Part shown: in pieces, positions 48,631-57,054 of the stretch | How the letters are laid out: the number at the start of each line of letters is the position of its first letter | Numbering within the stretch: position 1 is the first letter of the stretch | Assembly: GCA_043798985.1 (NCBI GenBank) | Contig: JAZDOE010000001.1 | Span: 309-64,308, forward strand | From: Candidatus Falkowbacteria bacterium | GTDB taxonomy: Bacteria; Patescibacteriota; Patescibacteriia; UBA11705; JACRDX01 | Direction of reading: 5' to 3' | DNA: 64,000 nucleotides | Translations under genes and position numbers: made by a program | The notes under the pieces: generated by a model | The model's database searches: none | What the model was told of the DNA's origin: nothing | Seen by the model: the letters and a program-made list of their open reading frames with translations, nothing else

Positions 48631-48792
48631 ATGGCAGTACAAGCTTATTGCGTAAAGTGCAAGGCCAAGAGAGACATGAACGATCCAAAGGAAGTGTCTT
48701 TCAATGCAAAGGGTGGAAAGAGCAGAAGGGCAATGCAGGGCACATGCCCAAAGTGCGGAACAAAGATGTTTAGAATCATGCCTAATAAATAA
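48631..48792 (+). CDS. 53-aa zinc-ribbon protein (DUF5679-like), not in the supplied ORF track
   Basis: MAVQAYCVKCKAKRDM...GTCPKCGTKMFRIMPNK*; two CxxC pairs; upstream TATAAT and downstream terminator 48808-48842. Confidence 0.85.
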   Translation: MAVQAYCVKCKAKRDMNDPKEVSFNAKGGKSRRAMQGTCPKCGTKMFRIMPNK

Positions 48793-48879
48793 TTACTTAG
48801 CATGGCGAAATGCTCTCGGCTGATCCGGGGGCATTTTGTTTTATTGAAAAAATGGGAAAATTACGATACAATACCAAGT

Positions 48880-48936
48880 GAAATTTCAAATATCAAAGTT
48901 CAAATTTCAAATCAATTACAAATGTCAAATGTCAAA
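48880..48936. repeat. Heptamer array (AAATNTC) upstream of leuS
   Basis: AAATTTC AAATATC AAAGTTC AAATTTC ... AAATGTC AAATGTC. Confidence 0.75.
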
Positions 48937-48946
48937 GATGTAAATT

Positions 48947-51466
48947 ATGCAAAAATATAACCATAAAAAGATAGAAAAGAAATGGCAGAAAGAGTGGGAA
49001 AAGAGTGGGATAAACGAGGCGAAGACATTTACAAGGGATTTCTCCCCCGTCAGGGACGGGGTCGAAATGACAACTGCGCATGCTGGAAAAGAACGACCCA
49101 AGTTTTATTGTTTAGTTGAGTTTCCATATCCGTCCGGAGATGGTTTGCATGTCGGACATGTGCGCTCATACACGGCCATGGACATTATTTCCCGCAAAAA
49201 GCGAATGCAGGGATTTAATGTTTTATATCCAATCGGTTGGGATGCTTTTGGTTTGCCGACTGAAAATTTTGCTATAAAAACAGGAAAACAACCAGCGCTC
49301 GTCACAAAGGAAAATGTAAAAGTTTTTAAAAAACAAATTCAATCACTTGGAATCAGTTTTGACTGGTCGCGCGAAATAAATACCACTGATCCTGAATATT
49401 ACAAATGGACGCAGTGGATTTTTTTGAAACTTTTTGAAAAAGGTTTGGCGTATAAAAAGAAAATGCCCATAAACTGGTGCCCAAAATGCAAAAGTGGATT
49501 GGCGAACGAGGAAGTTGTTGACGGAAAATGCGAGCGGTGCGGCGCGGAGACGACAACAAAGGAGCTTGAACAATGGATGTTGCGAATCACAAAATACGCG
49601 GACAGGTTGATTGAAGATTTGGAAACAGTTGATTATTTGGAAAAAATAAAAACCCAGCAAATAAATTGGATCGGGCGTAGTTATGGCGTCAATTTTAAAC
49701 ACAAGATAAAAGATTTGAACATTGAGTTTGAAGTTTTTGATTCAATTCCGCAAACGCATCAGGCGCAGACTTTTTTTATTATCGCGCCCGAACACCTATT
49801 GGTGCGTGAGTTGGTTAAGGGTACAAAAGAAGAATCCGCGGTCATGAAATTTGTTGATGAAATTGTAAAAAAGAAGCTCGCCAAGAAGTTTGATATTGAT
49901 AAGGACATGGAAGGTGTTTTCACTGGACGATGTGTTGAAAATTATTTGGGAACAGGCAGAGATTTGCCGATTTGGGTCGCAAGTTTTGCGTTGGTTGATT
50001 ATGGGACGGGCATTGTCGGTTGCAGTGCGCACGATGAGCGGGATTTTAAATTCGCGAAAAAATATAATATCCCATTAAAGCCGGTTTTGTTTCCAAAAGA
50101 TAAAGAATTGGCAGAAAAAGTTCGTGCCATGGAAATATTTTATCGCGAGTCGGACGGGATTTTGGAAGAGCCGGTGGAATTTAAAGGGCGACAATGGGAC
50201 GAGGCGAGGGAAGATATTGTTGATTGGATTGAAAAAAATAATTTGGGCAAACGGACAGTGCAATATAAATTGCGTGACTGGGTTTTTTCGCGGCAGCATT
50301 ATTGGGGAGAACCAATACCGTTAATTTTTTGTGAAAAGTGTGGCTGGGTAGCGGTTCCGGAAGATGAGTTGCCAGTTGAATTGCCAAAAGTGAAAAAATA
50401 CGAGCCAACTGAAACAGGCGAATCGCCATTGGCAGCAATTGAAAAATGGGTGAAAACAAAATGCCCAAAGTGCGGGAGTGTTGCGCGGCGTGAAACTGAC
50501 ACAATGCCAAATTGGGCAGGTAGCTCGTGGTATTACCTCGCATACTTGATTGGCAAAATGACCAAATCCCAATTCCCAATGACCAATTATGGAAAGGAAT
50601 TTAAATACTGGCTTCCGGTTGACTTGTATAATGGCGGCATGGAACACACGACTTTGCATTTATTGTATTCAAGATTTTGGCACAAATTTTTATATGACAT
50701 TGGCGCTGTGCCAACCAGCGAGCCATACCAGCGACGCATTTCGCACGGTATGATTCTCGCGCCAGACGGTCAAAAAATGTCAAAGTCGCGCGGTAATGTT
50801 ATAAATCCTGACAAAATTGTTGAAGAATTTGGCGCGGATGTTTTGAGAATTTACGAAATGTTTATGGGTCCGTACGATCAGGCTGTTGCGTGGGATTTGA
50901 ATGGCGTAAAGGGCGCGTCAAGATTTGTTGAGCGCGTTTATCATTTTAAAAATTTTACTGAAAAATGTGAGCCTGAAGTTGAAAATTTGTTGCACAAAAC
51001 AATTAAAAAAGTCAGCGAAGATATTGATGAGCGCAGATTTAACACGGCTGTTTCGGCAATGATGATTTTCGTGAATAAAATTTACGAAAAAGGTTGTTGC
51101 AAAGAATGTTTTAAAAAGTTTTTACTTTTGTTAAGTCCGTTTGCCCCGCATTTGGCAGAAGAGTTGTTTGTCGCACTTCCCCTCGACGAAGCTCGGGGCA
51201 GGCTCGCTCATGGTGACAAGTCATCAATATTTTTGAATGAATGGCCAACGTTTGACGTAACAAAAATCGTGGATAAAATGATTGAAGTTGTTATTCAAAT
51301 CAATGGAAAAGTAAGAGGACGATTGCAGGTTGCGGCAGATATTCAGGAAAAAGATATTTTAGAATTGGCGCTGACCGACGAGAAAATTAAAAGTCAAATT
51401 GAGGGGAAAAAAATAATTAAAACAATGTACGTTCCGAAGAAAATAGTGAGCATTGTTGTTAAGTAA
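48947..51466 (+). CDS. leuS: Leucine--tRNA ligase
   Basis: FPYPSGDGLHVGH (HIGH), GWDAFGLP, KLRDWVFSRQHYWGEPIP and KMSKS. Confidence 0.98.
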   Translation: MQKYNHKKIEKKWQKEWEKSGINEAKTFTRDFSPVRDGVEMTTAHAGKERPKFYCLVEFPYPSGDGLHVGHVRSYTAMDIISRKKRMQGFNVLYPIGWDAFGLPTENFAIKTGKQPALVTKENVKVFKKQIQSLGISFDWSREINTTDPEYYKWTQWIFLKLFEKGLAYKKKMPINWCPKCKSGLANEEVVDGKCERCGAETTTKELEQWMLRITKYADRLIEDLETVDYLEKIKTQQINWIGRSYGVNFKHKIKDLNIEFEVFDSIPQTHQAQTFFIIAPEHLLVRELVKGTKEESAVMKFVDEIVKKKLAKKFDIDKDMEGVFTGRCVENYLGTGRDLPIWVASFALVDYGTGIVGCSAHDERDFKFAKKYNIPLKPVLFPKDKELAEKVRAMEIFYRESDGILEEPVEFKGRQWDEAREDIVDWIEKNNLGKRTVQYKLRDWVFSRQHYWGEPIPLIFCEKCGWVAVPEDELPVELPKVKKYEPTETGESPLAAIEKWVKTKCPKCGSVARRETDTMPNWAGSSWYYLAYLIGKMTKSQFPMTNYGKEFKYWLPVDLYNGGMEHTTLHLLYSRFWHKFLYDIGAVPTSEPYQRRISHGMILAPDGQKMSKSRGNVINPDKIVEEFGADVLRIYEMFMGPYDQAVAWDLNGVKGASRFVERVYHFKNFTEKCEPEVENLLHKTIKKVSEDIDERRFNTAVSAMMIFVNKIYEKGCCKECFKKFLLLLSPFAPHLAEELFVALPLDEARGRLAHGDKSSIFLNEWPTFDVTKIVDKMIEVVIQINGKVRGRLQVAADIQEKDILELALTDEKIKSQIEGKKIIKTMYVPKKIVSIVVK
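49031..49072. repeat. Family A half-element in frame in LeuS N-terminus (TRDFSPVRDGVEMT)
   Basis: ACAAGGGATTTCTCCCCCGTCAGGGACGGGGTCGAAATGACA, 42 nt. Confidence 0.9.
50556..50587. repeat. Heptamer-type repeat in frame in LeuS (MTKSQFPMTN)
   Basis: AAATGACCAAATCCCAATTCCCAATGACCAAT. Confidence 0.6.
51179..51202. repeat. Family C-related palindrome in frame in LeuS (PLDEARGR)
   Basis: CCCCTCGACGAAGCTCGGGGCAGG interrupts the usual AEELW..LG...SI segment. Confidence 0.75.
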
Positions 51467-51468
51467 AT

Positions 51469-52230
51469 ATGTTGTCAACGCAACTTACTTGTTTGGGTTT
51501 TAGCGAGAAAGAGGCAAAAGTTTATTTATCAGTTTTGCAATTGTCGCGCGCAACAGCAACGCAGGTCGCAGACTACGCGAAAATGAATCGCGCGACAACG
51601 TATTTGTACTTGCGCGGCTTAATTAATCGTGGCTTGGTTTCTTCGTATGGCCTTATGGGCCATATTATTTTTGTCGCGGAATCTCCGGAAAAAATAACAA
51701 GACTTTTGGAAATTAAAAAGCAGGAAACAGCCCGTCAGTTTGAACATTTTGGCAAAATTTTGCCGGAATTGCGTTCAATTTTTAATCTGGCAAAAGGCAA
51801 ACCGCAGATAAGATTTTTTGAAGGCAAGGCTGGACTCGCGAGTATTCAACAAGAGATTTTGGAAACGGCTATCGGAGAAGTTCGTTGTTTTTATTGTGTT
51901 GATTATGTCTATGATGTATTCCCCAATATCGCGCAAACATACTCAAGAGATCGCGTGAAGCGGCAGTTAAAATCTAAAATAATTTATACCAGCAGATTAG
52001 GACCAAAAAGATTTGTTGATGATGAACAAAGATTACGTGAACGTAGATTTGTACCATTTGAAAAATTTCCGTTTTCCAGCGATGTGACTATATTTTCCAA
52101 TAAAGTTGCAATTGCGTCTTTGCGCGGTGATTTGGCCGGGGTGATTATTGAGAATCAACATATTGCTGACAGTTTTAAACTTCTTTTTGATTTAGCGTGG
52201 GATGGCGCGCAAAAATATAGTTTGCCGTAA
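51469..52230 (+). CDS. TrmB-family transcriptional regulator
   Basis: LGFSEKEAKVYL..L, winged HTH RATTY..L..L...GLV, KPQIRFFEG..G and GVIIEN..IA....LFD..W. Confidence 0.88.
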   Translation: MLSTQLTCLGFSEKEAKVYLSVLQLSRATATQVADYAKMNRATTYLYLRGLINRGLVSSYGLMGHIIFVAESPEKITRLLEIKKQETARQFEHFGKILPELRSIFNLAKGKPQIRFFEGKAGLASIQQEILETAIGEVRCFYCVDYVYDVFPNIAQTYSRDRVKRQLKSKIIYTSRLGPKRFVDDEQRLRERRFVPFEKFPFSSDVTIFSNKVAIASLRGDLAGVIIENQHIADSFKLLFDLAWDGAQKYSLP

Positions 52231-52270
52231 AAAAAAGAGAAATGGCCAAGTTCATGCAACCTGACCACTT
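52229..52270 (-). terminator. Terminator of the minus-strand unit 52252-52590
   Basis: TGGCCAAGTT/AACCTGACCA stem with an A-run on its left. Confidence 0.65.
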
Positions 52271-52518
52271 CTGCTGTGGCAGTGCCTCCCCGTTGCGTTG
52301 GGAGCCTTTTTTTTCTGTGATGTTTGTCCAGTCCGGACGTTCTGGTCGCGCCATTGGGCGCAATCATACTTGCCCGTGAGCGGTGGCATGGGTGTTTGGC
52401 TTTTTGCCTTTTTCTCTTGCCACTTCTTTCTGGCATCCCAGAAATACTTGGGCTTTCCAGCGCTTGCGTTCCGCGGTTTTGAGATTTGGTGAGTGCTCAC
52501 CTCCTACTCTCCACCCAT
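52252..52518 (-). pseudogene. Small basic ORF with an in-frame TAG after a strong SD-ATG (pseudogene, minigene pair or ncRNA)
   Basis: AAGGAGGGAGCAG-ATG GGT GGA GAG TAG GAG GTG AGC..., in frame with the 82-aa ORF 52252-52500. Confidence 0.35.
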
Positions 52519-52607
52519 CTGCTCCCTCCTTGTAAAAGATGACAGATGTAGGGAAAAACGGCCCGCAAAGGGAGTTTTATGTAGTCCCTACGTTTTTATT
52601 ATACTAT

Positions 52608-54551
52608 TTATTTTTGCACAACGCCAGTGCCTTTGCCGTACGGGTCATTATCCAGATTTGAGGTGAGCGTTGATATTGTGGAAGAGATAGTTGAGTTGAT
52701 TTTTTTGTCAGTTGCGAACAGCGTTGTGTTTTCCGTCAGTTTTACGATTTTGCCAACATCAGCGATGGTTGGTTTTAGTTCCACGAAAAATGAGGCAAAG
52801 ACTTCGTTTGTTGTTGCCGGAAGATCATTAATTGACCATGTTAGTTGCCTGGTTTTTGCGTCAAAGGTTATTTCTCCTGCGGTTTTGTTGACCTCGTTTG
52901 TAAAGTTAACATTTACCGGCAGCGTTGTTGTCGCGGATATTTTGGTCAAATCGTGCAACGAATTTTTGATTGTCCAGAATATTTTATATTTTGTCGCTTG
53001 TCCGACTTTGGGTGGCAACGGCCCAGAGCCGATTGGCGTTCCATCTTCAAAAAAGAACAGCGCTTTGTTTGACAATGTTAAGTCAGAATTGAGCGTTAAT
53101 GTTATTTTGTTGCCATTAATCGTAAAAAGCGCATTGCCGGTTGTGTCTTTCACGTTCAATAACGGCTGAATAATGATATTGCCATTTGCCAAGGCAGGAT
53201 TATCGCCAACTTTGAAATCAGTGCGCGGTTTGATTGGCAAAGAAAAGGAAAACATGCTGTCAGCTCCGGGTTTTAATTCTTTGAAATCCGGAATTTGTTG
53301 TTTTGTCCAAATAACTTGTTTGCCAGTCGTTGTGCTGGTTATGCTGCCTAAGTTTTTATCAACCAGCTTATTCCAGTCCAGAAGGTTGAGCGGCGCGGTA
53401 TCAATATTAATTTTTGCCTCAATGTTGCTGTATGTTTTTTTGCTTTTGTTTTTGTAGACCAAAGAGCAGTTTAATGTTTCGCCAAAAGATATTGTTTTGT
53501 CTGTTGTCGCGCCATTGACAATGAGATAAACAAGAAGCTCCTGACTTGTTAAATTGATTTTAATTTCATGGTCTTTAATCGGAAAAAAGTTATTATCATT
53601 GTCTCCGGCCAAGATTTGCGCGACGAATTTTTGTTCTTCTGCCAAAGATTTCACATCCAAGTCATTACGCGTTGTAAATTCAAACGCCACTTCACCTGTT
53701 CCGCCCGGGTTTATTATCGGGATTAGCCATCCAGGTTCATTTTTTTCTGTTTTTGGTGAAAATGTTAAAAGTTGTAATTCGGAGGTTGGTATTATTTTGA
53801 TTTTTATTTTTTCCAATGGGGTTGTTTGTTGGATTGGCAGTGAATAGCCAATAATTATTCTGGCTTTTTCGCCTGCCGCCACGGTTAAGGGCGCGACAGA
53901 AGTTAATGTCAGATCAAACGGTTCAAGCGTTGTTTGAAATTCTGCGTTGGCGCTGAATGTTGAGCTGAAATTTTTTGGCGTAAAAGTAAGAGTTGCTTTC
54001 ATGGTTTCAGTTGCTTCTATGTCATCAACAAAATACCCGGTAATTTCAAGCGTTTTGTTTTCAAACGGAGCAAGACTGCCAAGATTCCAGACATGATTAC
54101 TTTTTTCAGGTTTGGTAGATGTGATCCAAAAACCGGCTGGTTTTAAAATGTTAATTTTGTTTTCTGTTGATTCAATTTTACCGGCATTTTTTATTGTCAC
54201 TTTGTAAGTAATTGATTCTTTGATTTTTGCTTTTTGCGGGCCCTCAACGCTGATTGAAATTTTTTCTTCTGGCGCGTTGAGTTTTTTACTGAAGTAAAAA
54301 AAGCCAGCTACGCTGGCGCCCGCAAAAATAACAAGACCAACAATGATTGAAAGCAAAATTTTCGCGCGGCGCTGTTTACGGTGACCGTCAATCAAAAAAG
54401 CAATGGATTGTTCTGGGTCTAGTTGCTCGGTTTTTTCCATCTCGGAAATTTGTTTGTCTTCCGACTGTTCCAGCTCTTTGTACAAATGATCCAGACGGTC
54501 TATTGGAGAAGGATGTTTGTGTTCGTGAATCACAAAATATTTATTTTTCAA
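52608..54551 (-). CDS. Large membrane-anchored protein with Ig-like/DUF11-type domains (CPR-conserved)
   Basis: One TM; repeated beta-rich domains; GSGPLPPKVGQATKYKIFW motif. Confidence 0.75.
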   Translation of the reverse strand: MKNKYFVIHEHKHPSPIDRLDHLYKELEQSEDKQISEMEKTEQLDPEQSIAFLIDGHRKQRRAKILLSIIVGLVIFAGASVAGFFYFSKKLNAPEEKISISVEGPQKAKIKESITYKVTIKNAGKIESTENKINILKPAGFWITSTKPEKSNHVWNLGSLAPFENKTLEITGYFVDDIEATETMKATLTFTPKNFSSTFSANAEFQTTLEPFDLTLTSVAPLTVAAGEKARIIIGYSLPIQQTTPLEKIKIKIIPTSELQLLTFSPKTEKNEPGWLIPIINPGGTGEVAFEFTTRNDLDVKSLAEEQKFVAQILAGDNDNNFFPIKDHEIKINLTSQELLVYLIVNGATTDKTISFGETLNCSLVYKNKSKKTYSNIEAKINIDTAPLNLLDWNKLVDKNLGSITSTTTGKQVIWTKQQIPDFKELKPGADSMFSFSLPIKPRTDFKVGDNPALANGNIIIQPLLNVKDTTGNALFTINGNKITLTLNSDLTLSNKALFFFEDGTPIGSGPLPPKVGQATKYKIFWTIKNSLHDLTKISATTTLPVNVNFTNEVNKTAGEITFDAKTRQLTWSINDLPATTNEVFASFFVELKPTIADVGKIVKLTENTTLFATDKKINSTISSTISTLTSNLDNDPYGKGTGVVQK

Positions 54552-57054
54552 ATTGAATTTCCAGTTGTTCGTCTTGATTCAGCGGTGTTTGTAGCCCGCC
54601 AACCGGAATGTTGCTGTTTATAATTTTTATGTCATTCGGGACGTTAATTTCCACTGACACAGAATTGTTTTGCTGACCCGGCTGTTTTTGCAATAATAAA
54701 GAATATGTCGCGGTCGCGCTTGCGGCTGTTTTGTATTGCCGTTCAAAAAAGTTTAAAGTTTCTTTGCTGAAAGAAAGTTTTTGCGGCAGTTTATATTTAA
54801 AAGTCGCGAAAGTTGTTTCTCCGGGCTTGGTTTGCAGCCAATTCGCAAAAACTGTTTTTCCAAATTCGCGGGTTGTAATCGTTTGCGTAATTGGGTCAAT
54901 ATATTGTTGTTTTTCAGAATCGTTGATTAAAGAATCTGTGCGCCACTGCGGTTGAGTAGGTTCAAATTGTTCTGGTGTCGGCGGCTCAAACGTGCCTGTT
55001 GCAGACAAAAGTTTACTGCCATCTGGCACATAGACGCGCAAATAATCAACATTATTAACTTTGCCAGTAGTCGGATTTGTGCGGCTTATTGTTAAAGTAT
55101 TGATTATTTCTCCGTTGGCCGCTATTTCAACGGATAATGTTGATTTTTGTTGAATCAGCGCGTCTGTTTTTTCGCCGCCGATATTTGTATTTACGATTTG
55201 CAAATAATCAGAGTCAGTTGTTTTCATCTGGCCTGTCCAATTGTATTTGTTCAAGATATTTTGAAAATCTTCATTTTGGAAATATAGCAAAATTTCTTTT
55301 TCGTTTAGTCCTTGTTTTATTAAGTTTGCCAAGGGCAAAAGTTTTGCTTCGCTAATTTGCGGCAATGTTTCCAGCAGTTTCTCTGCCAAATCTCCGATTA
55401 TTTTTTTCGGGGCGTTTTTGTTGGCTTTGTCCAATGTGATTGTTTGCAGTTCGTCAACAAAGTTTGCGCCGGTAAATGCTGTTTTGTATTGCGGCAAAGA
55501 AAGCGGCCCGACAAAATCAACCAATTTTGCTGCCCACGAAGCATTGATCGCGATAACACCATCAACTGTCGGCCAGTTTGCTTCTTCCAAAAACCACGTC
55601 ATTTTTCCTGCGCTTGTCGGGAAATCCGGGAACCAGTTTGAATCTTGAAATTCAAATCGCGGCTGGATCAATTGGAGCGGGTGAGGCGCGGCATAGGATT
55701 CTGTAATACTGCCTTGCAAAGCATAGCTTCCGCCGGACGGGATGTTAATATTCGCGATTTTGCCTTTGTCCACCTCAATCAAAGCAAAGCTGCCGATAAA
55801 ACCGCCGGTTGGTCGAAGTTCATTATTGTTTTGGAAAACGACGAGGTAGCGCTGTTTGTGGTTTTTGCCAAGAGAGTCAATCAAATAATCAGCGCTGGCG
55901 TTAATATCCAATAAAATTGATTCGGCATTTTTAAGCCCGCTTGTTAGTTGCGCAAATTTTTCAGGGCTGGTTGAATTGCCAGATGCCGCGGTAACAAAAT
56001 CGGGAGATATGTCAGCGAGCAATGTGTTTGCTTCGTTGACGAGCGGTAATATTTTTTTAGTTCGCGTGGTAATGAATTGCAATTTTTCAATCAGGGATTT
56101 GTTGTTTGTTGTTTGGTAAAAATCAGCGATTGCTTTGCTAAGTTGAATGCCGATTAAAGACAAATTTTCGCTGGCCGTGACAATGTTTTGCGCGTCTGCC
56201 ATTGAGCTGTTGGCAAAACCGCCGATAGTTTTAATTAAAGAATTGATGCTGTTAAATTGTTGGTCAATTTTTATTAAATTGTTGGACGCTTTGAGAAATT
56301 GGACTTTGGCTGTGCTTGCCCCGCCCGCCTGTCCGGTAGGCAGGCCAGCGGCGGGGTTATTCATCAAGGAATCAACCGCCAACTGAAATTCGTTGTAAGT
56401 TGTTTGAGACAAAGCTGTTAAATCGTCACGCGTTGCTGACAATTTTTGGTAATAAGAAAATCCGCACAATGGCAAAACAATAAGCATGCAAAATGCTAAG
56501 CCTGCGACGATTAACCGCGGCGCGAGGTTGTATATTAAAATTAAATTTGATTGAAATGAAGTTGTAAATTGGTCGGAATAATTTTTATGGCGCCGCGGCG
56601 AAGAATTTTTTTGTTTTAATTTTAATGACGGCGCGCGCGTTCCCGCCGTTTCCGAACGGCGGGACAAGTTTTTATGTTGCGCGATGAATTGTTTAACTTC
56701 TTCTTTTTGCTTTTCATGCATCGCGCGTTTTTGTTTTTGCGCGCGCAAATCCAAAATATGAGGGGAGTGATGTGATTGTTGTTGCTGAATTGCCACGTTG
56801 TGGCGTGCCACTTCGTGGCGCTGCGCGGCGGAAGTTGTCATCCTGAGCTTGTCGAAGGAGACAGCGGGAGTGGATTCTGAAATATTTAAGTCTCGCAATA
56901 TTTTATGATGAATATGCTGGTTGTGCGCTCCGTGTTTTGTCACGCCGTCCAGTTCGTGTTGCGCAATATGAAAAATATTTGCCACTTTTTTCGCCTGCCT
57001 CGCCGGCAGGTGGGCTGGTTTATTTGTTATTTTGCTTTTAGCTTTTGTTTTCAT
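54541..57054 (-). CDS. DUF4012-family membrane-anchored protein
   Basis: RYLVVFQNNNELRPTGGFIGSF, DSNWFPDFPTSA, VDGVIAI, NTNIGGEKTD and DYLRVYVP.GS. Confidence 0.85.
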   Translation of the reverse strand: MKTKAKSKITNKPAHLPARQAKKVANIFHIAQHELDGVTKHGAHNQHIHHKILRDLNISESTPAVSFDKLRMTTSAAQRHEVARHNVAIQQQQSHHSPHILDLRAQKQKRAMHEKQKEEVKQFIAQHKNLSRRSETAGTRAPSLKLKQKNSSPRRHKNYSDQFTTSFQSNLILIYNLAPRLIVAGLAFCMLIVLPLCGFSYYQKLSATRDDLTALSQTTYNEFQLAVDSLMNNPAAGLPTGQAGGASTAKVQFLKASNNLIKIDQQFNSINSLIKTIGGFANSSMADAQNIVTASENLSLIGIQLSKAIADFYQTTNNKSLIEKLQFITTRTKKILPLVNEANTLLADISPDFVTAASGNSTSPEKFAQLTSGLKNAESILLDINASADYLIDSLGKNHKQRYLVVFQNNNELRPTGGFIGSFALIEVDKGKIANINIPSGGSYALQGSITESYAAPHPLQLIQPRFEFQDSNWFPDFPTSAGKMTWFLEEANWPTVDGVIAINASWAAKLVDFVGPLSLPQYKTAFTGANFVDELQTITLDKANKNAPKKIIGDLAEKLLETLPQISEAKLLPLANLIKQGLNEKEILLYFQNEDFQNILNKYNWTGQMKTTDSDYLQIVNTNIGGEKTDALIQQKSTLSVEIAANGEIINTLTISRTNPTTGKVNNVDYLRVYVPDGSKLLSATGTFEPPTPEQFEPTQPQWRTDSLINDSEKQQYIDPITQTITTREFGKTVFANWLQTKPGETTFATFKYKLPQKLSFSKETLNFFERQYKTAASATATYSLLLQKQPGQQNNSVSVEINVPNDIKIINSNIPVGGLQTPLNQDEQLEIQFEK
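56324..56344. repeat. Family D palindrome in frame (LPTGQAG)
   Basis: Minus strand CCTGCCTACCGGACAGGCGGG, 21 nt. Confidence 0.85.
56834..56863. repeat. Family C element in frame (VSFDKLRMTT)
   Basis: GTTGTCATCCTGAGCTTGTCGAAGGAGACA. Confidence 0.9.
56994..57014. repeat. Family D palindrome in frame (HLPARQA)
   Basis: CCTGCCTCGCCGGCAGGTGGG, 21 nt. Confidence 0.8.

Noticed and set aside
52504-52506. In-frame TAG as pyrrolysine or stop-codon recoding
   Set aside because: TAG is an ordinary stop in many genes here and no pyl genes are seen; mutation or a minigene is simpler
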